64,000 nt of DNA. Source: Glaucostegus cemiculus. Its lineage: Eukaryota. Where the stretch lies: positions 11,780,001 to 11,844,000 of the forward strand of contig CDPCPM010000054.1 of NCBI GenBank assembly GCA_976551045.1, read 5' to 3'. Shown piece after piece: positions 53,465 through 64,000 of the stretch (the stretch's first letter is position 1; each line of letters starts with the position of its first letter). The notes beneath the pieces were generated by a model. That model searched no databases, was not told where the DNA came from, and saw only the letters and a list, made by a program, of their open reading frames with translations. The translations under genes were made by a program, and so were the position numbers.

Positions 53465-54861
53465 ATGTATGCAGTTTTGCATTCTTTCATTGAGCCAGTG
53501 GTGGTCTTGATCAGATTGCCAGTTCTTTCTACGATACTGCTCTTTTAATGACAATCAATGAAAGGTATCGTCTTATAAACTCATCAGCTTCCAACCCTGC
53601 TAATAGAAGCAAAGAAAATGAAGAAGAGGTTTGTGTTTCTCGCTTCTACATGATCTACCATACTCTGTCACAATTGATCCCCATTTTGTCCACCTTCTAC
53701 CTTGCTAGGCTCAGAGATTTTTAGTCTAGGAATATTACCATCATCGTGCCTCTATTTTGCTGCTTCATCTCCAGGTCACTGTTTCTCCTCATCTTTCTTG
53801 GGAACTTACCCATGGAAGTACTGTTTGTGATAGCCACGTTGAATGGTCTGAGTGGAGGATCTACTGCATATTAGACTGGTGTTGTGGCACTGGTTTCCAT
53901 TACCTCCTCTGAGAAAAAAAGATCAGGCTTATCGCAGCAGAATGTACTTACGGGCTCACCAGTCTCACAGGGAGCACGTTATCAGGACTGATCTTCCTCC
54001 ATTTTGATTCCTTAGTTTATAACGGCAGCATATTAGTTGCATACTCCCTTCCTCTGTATATTTTGAGCTCATCTTATTGCATTTTGGTTTTGAAGGTTCC
54101 AAATGAAAGAATAAACATTGTACCAAAAGACCTGTCAAAGAAAATGCAGGAAGAGCACAATATGACAATGTAGGATCTTCCCAAAAAAATCAGATCACAA
54201 ATTTATGGGCGGCACGATAGCATAGCGGTTAGCGCGATGCTGCTACAGCGCCAGCGATCAGGGTTCGATTCCCATCGCTGACTGTAAGGAGTTTGTACTT
54301 TCTCCTGTGTCTGCGTGGGTTTCCTCCGGGTGCTCTGGTTTCCTCCCACATTCTGAAAGACATTCGGGTAGGTTAATTTGAGGGTTTAAAATAGGCGGCA
54401 CGGACTCGTTTGGCCGAAAGGGCCTGTTACCACGCTGTAAATAAATTTTAAAAAGCTTAATTCATGAAGCTCATCATGCTGAAAGAAAATTAGTCGATGA
54501 AACCAAAAGCATTTCAAGGCTTGAGGGTAGTAATTACGTAGGAGAACAAGCAGGGAACATGGCAAGACAAGGCAAATATGCTTCAGTTAACTAGCTAGGT
54601 TTGATGGAGGCAGATGCTCCTGAAGCCAAGGGTTTTCAGGATAAAGTCACTTTCTCCTTCCTCATTGGGGCTGGGATCTTCTAGGACATGGCTACAAAAG
54701 GAACAATAGACATGCTCACTATTTTTGTACTGAAGAACCCTCTCAGGTGGAATGCTGTTTGGGTTGGCTACAAGATTCAGAATATGCCATCTATTTCACA
54801 GGCTTTTCTGCTGGGATTCTCATCATGGCCTTCGTAAGGTGGACCTACCAGTATTTCATTG
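53465..54861 (+). pseudogene. Disabled duplicate of the SLC46A2-like first exon
   Basis: MYAVLHSFIEPVVV/DQIASSFYDTALLM..VSRFYMIY..F*SRNITI..LNGLSGGSTAY*TGVVAL..IFVLKNPLRWNAVWVGY..GILIMAFVRWTYQYFI G|gtaata. In-frame stops, frameshifts and a SINE insertion. Confidence 0.88.
54207..54445 (+). mobile_element. Young HE1-like V-SINE inserted in the SLC46A2 pseudo-exon
   Basis: Same subfamily as 48211 and 49543; possible TSD aaattt. Confidence 0.9.
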
Positions 54862-55889
54862 GTAATAATCAGCAATATCTTATGTTCCAAAATAATGATT
54901 TAGCTTTGCTTAGTGCAACAAAATGTATTTCAACAAAAGTTTGTGTCATTTGCTGTTCGAGCAATGTAAAGTGAATCTTTCACTGTACATTATCCATCCC
55001 CATCGTTTTTGACCTCACCTTAATTGAATACAGTTTCTTGGCCATTTGACTTGGTTCTGGGAAGGATGTGAAGGGTCTACTGCTGTCATAGAAGGATAGC
55101 ACAGGAGACTAAGGACAAAAGTAATACCAATCTGGCCATGAATTTAGCACCCAGCCATCACTTTTTTCCCCCCATTCATCCACCAGTTATGAACGTCGCC
55201 AACAATGCCACCATTTATTGTCCTCACAATAAACCAATTTTTTTTTTTATGACTGTCTGGTAGTGCTGAGACTGGCTGAGTATTTCTAAAACACTAGTTC
55301 AACCACAACGAGAATATTGTCTCCTGTCCTGGGAGCCATACTTCAGGAAAGATGCAAAATCTTTGAAGTGGGTGCAGAAGAGATTTACCAAAGCAATTCC
55401 AGACAGCAGAGGCATTAGTTATGTGGATAAACTAGAAAAGCAGAAGTTGCTCTCCTTGGAACAGAGGAAGTACTCACTGAGACAGAGACGGTTGATGCTG
55501 GAATCTGGAGCAAAAATAAACAAACTGCTGGAGGAACTCAGTGGGTCAGGCAGCATCTGTGGAGGGAAATGGACAGTCAATGTTTCAGGCTGAGACCCTG
55601 GATTTGGACTGAAAGAGGGAAGATGGCCAGTAATAAAGAGGTGAGGGTGAGGGGTGAGGCAGGAGCTGGCAAGTGATAGTTGGATCCAGGTGAGGAGATA
55701 CTCACTGAGTTGTGCTTACATATGGGATTTCCAAATTGTAACTATTCTGTGATACCACAACCAGCTTTTTTAAAAACCCAAAATTTATTTAATTGCTTCC
55801 TGCTGCTATAGTGGCTTCAAGATTGTGCCCATGCATTGTAGGTCCAGAACAAGCTGCAAGTCCTTCCACACCACAGGTCATCAGGGTAC

Positions 55890-56421
55890 CTGGTTGTATC
55901 ATGGCTTGGTATGGCAACAGCTCTGCTCAGGACCGCAAGAAGCTGCAGAGAGCTGTGGATACAGGCCAGCACCTCACAGGCACCAGCCTCCCCTCCTTGG
56001 ACTCTGTCTTTACCTCTTGTTGTCTTGGTGTAGCAGCCAGCATAATCAAAGACCCCACTCATCCGGGACATTCTTCTCTCCTCTTCCATTGGATAGAAGA
56101 TACAGGTGCCTGAGGGCAGGTATCAGCAGACTTAAGGACAGCTTCTTCCTCACTGTGATAAGACTATTGAATGGTTCCCTTATACAATGAGATGGTCTAT
56201 GACCTCACATTCTACCTTGTGTGACCTTGCACTATATTGCACTGCACTTCCTCTGTAGCTGTGACACTTTACTCTGTACTATTACTGTTTTTACTGTACT
56301 ACATCAATGCACTTTGTATTAACTATATAACTGCACTGTGTAATGAACTGACCTGTACGATCGGTTTGTAAGACAAGCTTTTCACTGTACCTTGGTACAA
56401 GTGACAATAATAAACCAATAC
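55890..56421 (+). mobile_element. Rex1/Babar-like LINE 3' fragment
   Basis: GCIMAWYGNSSAQDRKKLQRAV..IIKDPTHPGH..RLKDSFF; tail ttttcactgtaccttggtacaagtgacaataataaacc. Confidence 0.8.
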
Positions 56422-56684
56422 CTAGGTCAGAGCCCTGATATTACCCATTGAAGGCATCAAGGCCAACAATATTGTGAAAGGTGCATTAATAGGTACTCCC
56501 TCTGCCCCCCCTCACAAAAACTCTAAGTTGCAAAGAAATGTTGTGCCAGTTAGGGATTGCAACAACATGCAGGCATTTCTAAAGCCCTCTGCTTTCAAAT
56601 CCCTGGGATCCATTGTGGTCAATTTCATTTCACCCCACTTCTACATATGCAGAGAGATCAGACTGTGACATCTTTGTGAAAACC

Positions 56685-57490
56685 ACACTGCTGGAGGAAC
56701 TCAGCAGCCTAGATAGCATCCGTGGAGAGAAAAGCACAGCCAACATTTCAGGTCAAGACCTTTCATCTATTGGTATTGGTATATTATTGTCACTTGTATC
56801 GAGGTACAGTGAAAAAACTTGTCTTGCATTCCGTTTGTACAGATCAATTCATTACACAGTGCAGATACATTGAGTTAGTACAAAGTGCATTGAGGCAGTA
56901 CAGGTAAAAACAATAACAGAGTTACAAACATCCAGACTGAAAGATAGAGGGGAGTTAGCCAGAGATGAGGGGAAGGGGTGGGGCAAGACCAGGCAAGCAA
57001 TAGGTGGATCCAGCTGAGGAGCTGTGAAAGGCAGATGGAGTTGGGAGGGGTGGCAATAGTGAAGGGAGTGATAAGGTGGAGGCAACAAAGGGCTGCAGGT
57101 AATGGAATCCGATATGAAAGAAGGTGGAGCATGGGACCAAATAAGGGAGGTGGGGAGGGCAAATGAGAACAGTGGGAGGAGGGGACCCAGTGGGAGTAGT
57201 ACCTTGAGTAATAGATGGAGTGGTTGGAGGAAGGGAACGAAGCAACGTGATAGGCGACTGAGGTGGGTGTAGGAGGAACTGGGTAGATCAGGTGGTGAAA
57301 GAAAAGGGATAGAGGGGGGAGATTACCATCCCCCACCCCACAGATGCTGCTCGACCTGTCGATTTCCTCCAGCAGTTTGCTTTTTTTTAACTCCCGATTC
57401 CAGCACCTGTAGTCTCCTGCAGACACAAGTGACTGCAGAGCCTGGAATCTGAAGTAACAACCTGCTGATGGAACTCCAGCAGATTACCTG
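56685..57490. mobile_element. Penelope-related terminal and purine-rich debris with a nested Rex1 tail
   Basis: ctgctggaggaactcagc / cacagatgctgctcgacctg family, like 35375-36000 and 55480-55700. Confidence 0.55.
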
Positions 57491-57499
57491 CAGCGGATC

Positions 57500-57744
57500 G
57501 CATCTCCCTGTCACATCCTTGCATCCAAAAACCGGTCGGACAGGTCCGACAGCTGCGGAATTTCTGGGCCCGATTCCTATTCGGGGCGTGGGACTGACTC
57601 GAGAAATCTGCCCAGGGAGAGCGAGAGAGATAGGGAAGTGCTTCTGCTCCGCTCCAGCGGTCTTTCCGGATCCGTCCCCACTGCGGCGACTTGAGGCACG
57701 GGAGAAGCCCAGGACACGTGTGCGTGCGGTGAACATTCAGGGAG
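57500..57744 (+). promoter_or_regulatory. CpG-rich promoter / 5' UTR of the SLC46A2-like gene
   Basis: Local CpG enrichment immediately upstream of the ATG; GC box ggggcgtggg near 57583. Confidence 0.55.
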
Positions 57745-58873
57745 ATGTGTGGGAAGCTGCCTTCCTTCGTGGAGATCGTCGTGGCTCTCCACCAGGTCGC
57801 AGGCGCTTTCTTTGACACTGGTCTGCTGATGATGGCTCAACAGCGTTGCAACACCACAGCAGCCGGAAGCATGCAAACGTGTATCTCCCGGTTTTACATG
57901 TACAACAACCTTCTGCTAGGAATTACCCCCCTGCTCTTCACCTTCACCCTGGCCAAACTGGGAGATCAGAAATCCAGGAAGATCACCATCGGTGTGCCCC
58001 TCCTGGGCTACCTGATCTCCAGGTCTCTGCTGCTCTGGGTGACCCTGTTCCACCTGCCCCTGGAGGTGATGCTTGGCACTGCACTGGTCAATGGCCTGAG
58101 CGGGGGTTTCACTGCTTTCTGGACCGGAGTCATGGCCCTAGCCTCAGACACTTCCTCTGCGGAGGACAGGTCTGTCAGGTTTATTAGAATCGAGCTGATC
58201 TATGGCCTGGCAGGGTTGATTGGAAGCATCGCGTCTGGACACATCTTCGTTCACTTCACCCTTTCCCATTACCAGGGGGCGGTACTGGCAGGCTGTAGCT
58301 GCACCCTTTATACGTTGAGCTTCCTTTACTGCGTCCTGGTGTTGAAAGTGCCATCCAGACAAACGCAAGCTGCATCTCCAGGGAGCGAGCGGATCGGAAG
58401 CACACCTCTTGAAAGTGACAGGCTGCTGGATCAGGCTAGGCGAGGTCACGTCTCTGAAGGCCCTGCTGGGGCCGATGTTGAGCAACAAAACAGAATCACG
58501 AATGGAAGTCCATCTGAAGCATCAGGGCTACTGGAAGGAACTGCCAGAGCGCAAGGTGAACCTGGTGGCTGCACACCAGTGAATATCACAATTGTTTTGC
58601 TGTTTGCAGGTGGGGTTTTATACGATCTAAGCGTGACCGGTGGAGTGGATGTAATTCCCATGTTTGTACTGAAAGAGCCATTGAATTGGAATGCTGTCTG
58701 GGTTGGCTATGGCTATGCAGCAGGATACACCATCTTCCTCACCAGCTACCTAGGAGTCAAAGTTCTTTCCCGCTATTTGAAGGACACTTCCTTGATAGTG
58801 ATTGGAATAGTGTCATTTTCCACTGGGATGCTGATCATGGCCTTTGTGAAGTGGACTTATCTATTTTTTATTG
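57745..58873 (+). CDS. SLC46A2: SLC46A2-like (thymic stromal cotransporter homolog, MFS transporter), exon 1
   Basis: VEIVVALHQVAGAFFDTGLL, ISRFYMYNNLLLGITPLL, LVNGLSGGFTAFWTGVMALAS, RSVRFIRIELIYGLAGLIGSIASGHIF, VDVIPMFVLKEPLNWNAVWVGYG; multiple hydrophobic TM segments; donor ATT G|gtaagt (phase 1). Confidence 0.93.
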
Positions 58874-60244
58874 GTAAGTATCATTACCAATAGTCTAGGC
58901 CTGTATTAAACACTGATCATTCATATCTAGTGCTCAATTCAGACTTTTGCCATTTGCTTTTTACAGTTCCCTTTTTTCCAAATACAGATAATTGATTTAA
59001 AACAAATGTACATTTATCCTATTACATTGTCCATAACCTATACTAATGGTATTGCCTACAGGACTCTTGCTACTAATCAGTAAGAATACTGACTCAAGTC
59101 ACATTGCAAAACTAAAATATCAATACAGCTTGTGTGCTTAAGGACTGCACTGGAGGGTGATGTTGATTGTTTAATAGTGATAGGGAAAATCCTGAGGTAT
59201 TAAACATCTCAATAGAACAGTTATGATCAATATTTCAAAACAGATTAGCTGTATAGTTCTGACAAAAGATCTTCACCCACATTAATTGTTTCTCTCCCCA
59301 CAGATGCTATCTGATTAGCCAAGTATTACCAGCATATTATTTTTGATTTCCAAGCAGCTGCAGATTTTCACAGTTTGATTAGGTGTACTATTATCTCCTT
59401 GATAGTTGTGGGATTCCGCAGTGGGCTAATTGACCACCAGATGCCTAAATTGCAACAGTATCCCACAATTCAAAGGTAAGCTATTGGCAGTAAAATATTG
59501 CCCTTCAGGAAACAAATCCCCATAAAAAGCTAGTGATAAAAATAGAAAAAGCTGAAAATACACATCAGGTCTGGCAGTATCTGTAGAAAGAGAAACAGAG
59601 TTACTGATTCAAGCCACAGACCTTACAGCGGCATATTTCCAGCATTTTCTGGTTTTATTTCAGATTTCCAGCATCTGCAATATTTCAGTTTTCAGACTGT
59701 CTTTTCCAATGCTGAGACAATCAGAACTGTGCAAAGTGATCCACTGCTCACAGCTCTGATGTCATCAAATTAGCCATCATATTAAAGAATTCTCAGACAG
59801 CAAACCAAGAAACAAGTTTTTTTTTAAAGTTATCAAAACACCTGGACCTCAAGACATACAAGTTATTATACATAAAATATTAGGGACTTAGCTGCTGAAG
59901 GTAATGGGACCAAGCTTTGGAATTCCCTCCCCAAAATTCCTTCATCTCTTCTTTTCTCAAAGCTACTCCTTAAGATCCACCTGTTTTTGATAATCTACCC
60001 TCCTCATCTCATCCAGCTCAGCATTAATTGATGGGAAAATGGAGAAGATAGGTTACAAGTATTGGGGAACTGGGAACACAGTGCCAATATAGACTTGAGG
60101 GGCTGAATAGTCTCCTTCTGTGTTGCAAGGTGAGATAAAATATACAAATTAAAACTGCTACATAAATGAAAATCAATGTGCTGCTGTTGCCCACTTTGCA
60201 AAGAGCTTAGATTTGTGTAATTTCAAATAACTTCCCTTGCTTAG

Positions 60245-60941
60245 TGTTATGTACCAGCAACAAAAGAAACACACTGAGTCATGTATAAGTGATAGAAACT
60301 ATTTTATTAATAACTACTTATAATAAGAAAAAAGTAAGAATGTTAGAATGTTAAAAGTAAAAATATTAGATGGTAAACAGTAAACCCCAAAACTAAGGGG
60401 GGAGGGGGGCAAATTCCCATACTCCAAGTCCAGGAATAGTTCTCAAAATTCAGTTCAGCAAGCCACAGGTGAAATGTGAGCAACAGCTTTTGCAAAACCA
60501 CAGCTGACTGAAGACAAAACAGAGAGAAAATAGAGGCATTATGAAATCCAAATGTTCCATGATGGAACCCATATGACACCTCAGTATCTACTCAGCAGTG
60601 ACTTCTCCACTGCTTTGTTCCGAAGTATCTTCCACCCGAAAAGCATTCAAATCGTGACCGTCCACACAAATCCCTGTTTCCCCACTACTAGTTAATGACA
60701 AAATGAACTCCACCGGATTATTCCAGAAATGTATACATGGATTGCAGTGAGACACAGTTATTGTTTTTCATCCATCAATAGAGACCAGCAGGCAGTGTCT
60801 TTCTCCTCTCTCCTCCCAACTCTGACTGAACTAAAATGTCAGCATGTCATTATCTCCTGTTGTCATAATAAAGCCACACACACACACTACTTTACTACGT
60901 CTTAAAGGGACATTCACCAAATAGCAACCTAATCCATAACA
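60245..60941 (-). mobile_element. Probable solo LTR in SLC46A2 intron 1
   Basis: Perfect 7-bp inverted termini TGTTATG...CATAACA; minus-strand AATAAA about 60 bp from the left end; no clean TSD. Confidence 0.5.
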
Positions 60942-63318
60942 GCAGCAGCAAAGACAGGAAACAGCATAATTTATGAAAGTGCACTAAAACACTAACTACG
61001 ACTTGATGATCTCATTTTTTTTCCCCAGCAAATGCCGGTCATTTCTACTGAAAATTCTGTGCCAAAATACACTCCCTTTCTTCTTCAATCTCCATCCACA
61101 ATGCCACATTCTACTTCATTCCAGCAGCATTAAGCATGCTGGACTCTCCCTGCCTTCTGTGGCCCCAACACACCCACCTGGCTGGGATGGATGTATAGGG
61201 CTGAAATTGCTGGCCCTCCCCATCAGAGCTGGGCAGTGATGTTTCAAGTAGGTATTAGGAAATAGTGCAAGAGCTCACCCATAACTAACCACACCACACA
61301 CACCCCCCAAAGACAAAAGCCATAGGCAGGGTGTGGTATTCTATCAAAACTGTCATTGATTGCTACAGTTTATAAAATATCTATTAAATTTGTACTGGAG
61401 TCAATTAACAAAAACTATGAAAATTAAACTACAGCAAAATAATGAAAATTTCCCCCTGCCCCTTTGCTTCTTATCTTTAAGCCTTAAGTCCCCATACAAT
61501 TCCATTGATCCTGCTTAAGGTCTGACCCACCATCAAGTCAGAGGAGATAATGCCAGTGAATGAGCTAGGCTCTGCTGTTGGAGCCTGTAGCAAGTCCAGC
61601 AGCAGGATACCGATAGATTTAACTCCAGCTTATATTAGCAAGTCCTGGACTCTCAGTATTGGCACTTAATTGGTAGAATGATAATGGTTCTGTTCAGAAC
61701 CAATGACCATGTTTATCTTTGCCACAGTACTTTTACACTAAACCTTACCAAATATTTTCTGAATATCCACTTATGGACAGCACTTCATTGGTCCTCTCAG
61801 GAGGGAACCAAAAGCTGCAGTCTCTACAAAACACAAGCTTTTTCTCCCCCCATATATACTGAACCCCTTTTCTAAATTTCAATATTGAATCTTCAGAGTT
61901 TGAAGTGGCTGTTCATAAAATAGGACAGCAAAAATTCTTAAGAAATTAATTGTTAGAAGCATCATTAATACTCTGCAAATTCCCCTTCAAATAACTTAGC
62001 CACAAGTTAACAGATCGCATTTCCATTCCTAAAATAAATGTACTTTTATTAGAAATTCAAACTATGTAACAAGTGATGTCTTTTGGCAAAATGGTTCTAA
62101 GTGGTCACTCTCAGCTTAGTACTTTTACAAGCACTGCAAATATCAACATCTTGTTAATACTGCAATGGAAGCATCTAACTGCTCTGCAAAAATGGAACAG
62201 TTACAATGACTATGGGGCTTTAAACAAAAACCTCAAAAGATAAATAACCACGACATTCAAGGAGGAAAGATCTCCTAGGCTGGCTCTCTTTCAAGAAAAA
62301 AAATACAATTAGTTAAATTTTTCACTATGAAGTTTTCTATCGCATCTGTACATACACACATTTGTGTGCATGACAATAAACTCAAGCTGAAGTGTGGAAC
62401 TTCAGTGCTCAAACACATATTTGATAATGGTCATGACTACCTCATTACACACAAGTTATGCTGTTGTGTAAACATTTCTGAACTGAGTACTGTTTTTCCA
62501 TTGATTCATCTTGCTGCTTGCATTGGACACAATTGAAATTTTCACTAAGTATTGGTTCCTACCACAAACTACTGTTGAGCCACTGGTTCCATTCTAGTCT
62601 TGAAACAATCTTCAGCTAACACATGCTATTCCCAGCTTTGACATTTATTTGGCTCCAAGTTTCTAGCTGAGCCATCACCCACTTCCACTGCTGGATCATA
62701 CAACCCTACTCATGTCGTGGTTCTTCATTGCCAATGGTAATCCATGGCAACATTACTTCACGACTCAAGTACCTCAATGTGCTTCTGCTTGGATTCCACA
62801 CTGTACCTCCTGACTGTATAATGACTTGCACCAACTCCCATTCACCTGTGTGTCCCGAGCCAATGTTGCCTCTCATTCTAGCAGACTCCTCATCCCCATT
62901 TTAAAGTTCTGCTTTGGTGTCATAGAAAACATCTTAGTCTCACTCAACCATTTGTGGTCTCTGTCCATCCAATATCAATTTTCAGGTCTGGTATTGGCTT
63001 TGGAATTCCCTCCATAAATATGTTCTTTAAAAATCATTGCTTCAAAACAGCTTCTGGTGATCTGTACCAAATTATGCCTTGTATCTGTTAAGTGATTTGG
63101 AACACTAAGTGTGTTAAAGATGCCATATAAATGCAAAAATGTAGTGCAATTCTAATATCAGTGTTGTACATCTGAAAGCATTCAAATAACAAAGAAAATA
63201 TGAACTGAATGATCAAAATGGATAATCATTTGTATGGAATGTCAAATGCAGAATATCCCTATTTAATGAACTCCTTAGCACAAACAATTAACTATTCTTT
63301 TTAATAAATATCTTGCAG

Positions 63319-63402
63319 CTCGAGCAGTGATGATGTTTGCCCTTATTCCTCTCCCAACGATACGGTCAGTGATTTCAAAGCAGATAAAAGACACTTCGTA
63401 TG
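63319..63402 (+). CDS. SLC46A2: SLC46A2-like exon 2
   Basis: tcttgcag|CT gives (A)RAVMMFALIPLPTIRSVISKQIKDTSY(G)|gttagt, phase 1/1, matching human ARAVMLFALIPVTTIRSAMSKLIKGSSYG. Not in the ORF track. Confidence 0.93.
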
Positions 63403-63609
63403 GTTAGTACTCTCCTAATTTATCAGTTTGCACCTAGTTTAATATCATTATTGTGCATTATCACTTTGAGTTGCTTTCTCCGTAATACCACTTCCTTCCA
63501 CCCAACCATCCCAACATGGAATCTGGGAGGATCATGTGTTCTTAGGCTTTTGTCAGTATCACTGTGGAACTAGCTTCTACAAAAGACATGTTAACTGTTG
63601 CATATCTGA

Positions 63610-64000
63610 AAGTCCATGATAGTTACAGGTGGACCTTTGGCAGCTGTCAAACTTGTCTCAGAGGTAAGATTGTGTATTCCACTTCAGAGGCTTGACAAAA
63701 AATATCTAGGCTGATATCCCAGAATAGAACTGAGGGAATGCTGCACTGACCCAAGTTCCATCTTGTGAATCAAATATTAAACCACGACAGAGCTCATGGT
63801 GATATAGTGCCATGGGATCTTTTTTGATAAGCAGTAGGGGAATTTTCCTCTCTAGTTAATCTCCCAATCAACATCTCTTAACAGGCTTTCATTATTACAT
63901 CTGTTTGAGAGAACTGGCATCACAAACTAGCTACTCTTTGCACTGTATTACAACAGTATCTGCACTTCAAAAATATTTACTTCGTTGTATAGCACTGAGG
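63610..64000 (+). mobile_element. Old DeuSINE/SacSINE-like element; similar relics near 4460-4790, 9200-9500, 10130-10400 and 20470-20830
   Basis: Degenerate shared blocks (actgagggaatgctgcact.., aggctga.., tacaacagt..cacttcaaaa) recurring across the window. Confidence 0.45.

Overview
Vertebrate genomic DNA, almost certainly from an elasmobranch (shark or ray), judged from its repeat content: HE1/V-SINE-type SINEs, CR1 and Rex1/Babar-like LINEs and Penelope remnants. It holds the 3' part of a PALM2AKAP2/AKAP2-family gene on the + strand: a 2.5-kb coding exon at 16282-18775, an exon at 29134-29321, a candidate 60-nt cassette exon at 31716-31775 and the terminal coding exon at 40105-40194. Downstream are a disabled copy of an SLC46A2-type first exon (53465-54861) and an intact SLC46A2-like gene (exon 1 57745-58873, exon 2 63319-63402, continuing past the window). 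Most remaining sequence is transposon debris, and nearly all short ORFs in the track are spurious or TE-derived. The features most worth follow-up are: (1) an intronic CpG-island promoter with splice donors facing outward on both strands, next to a ~270-bp-arm inverted repeat; (2) tandem same-phase SLC46A2 first exons; (3) a solo LTR whose 3' end is duplicated around a captured internal L1 fragment; (4) degenerate hammerhead-ribozyme motifs in Penelope-related elements. All homology calls come from recalled motifs and alignment by eye, not database searches.
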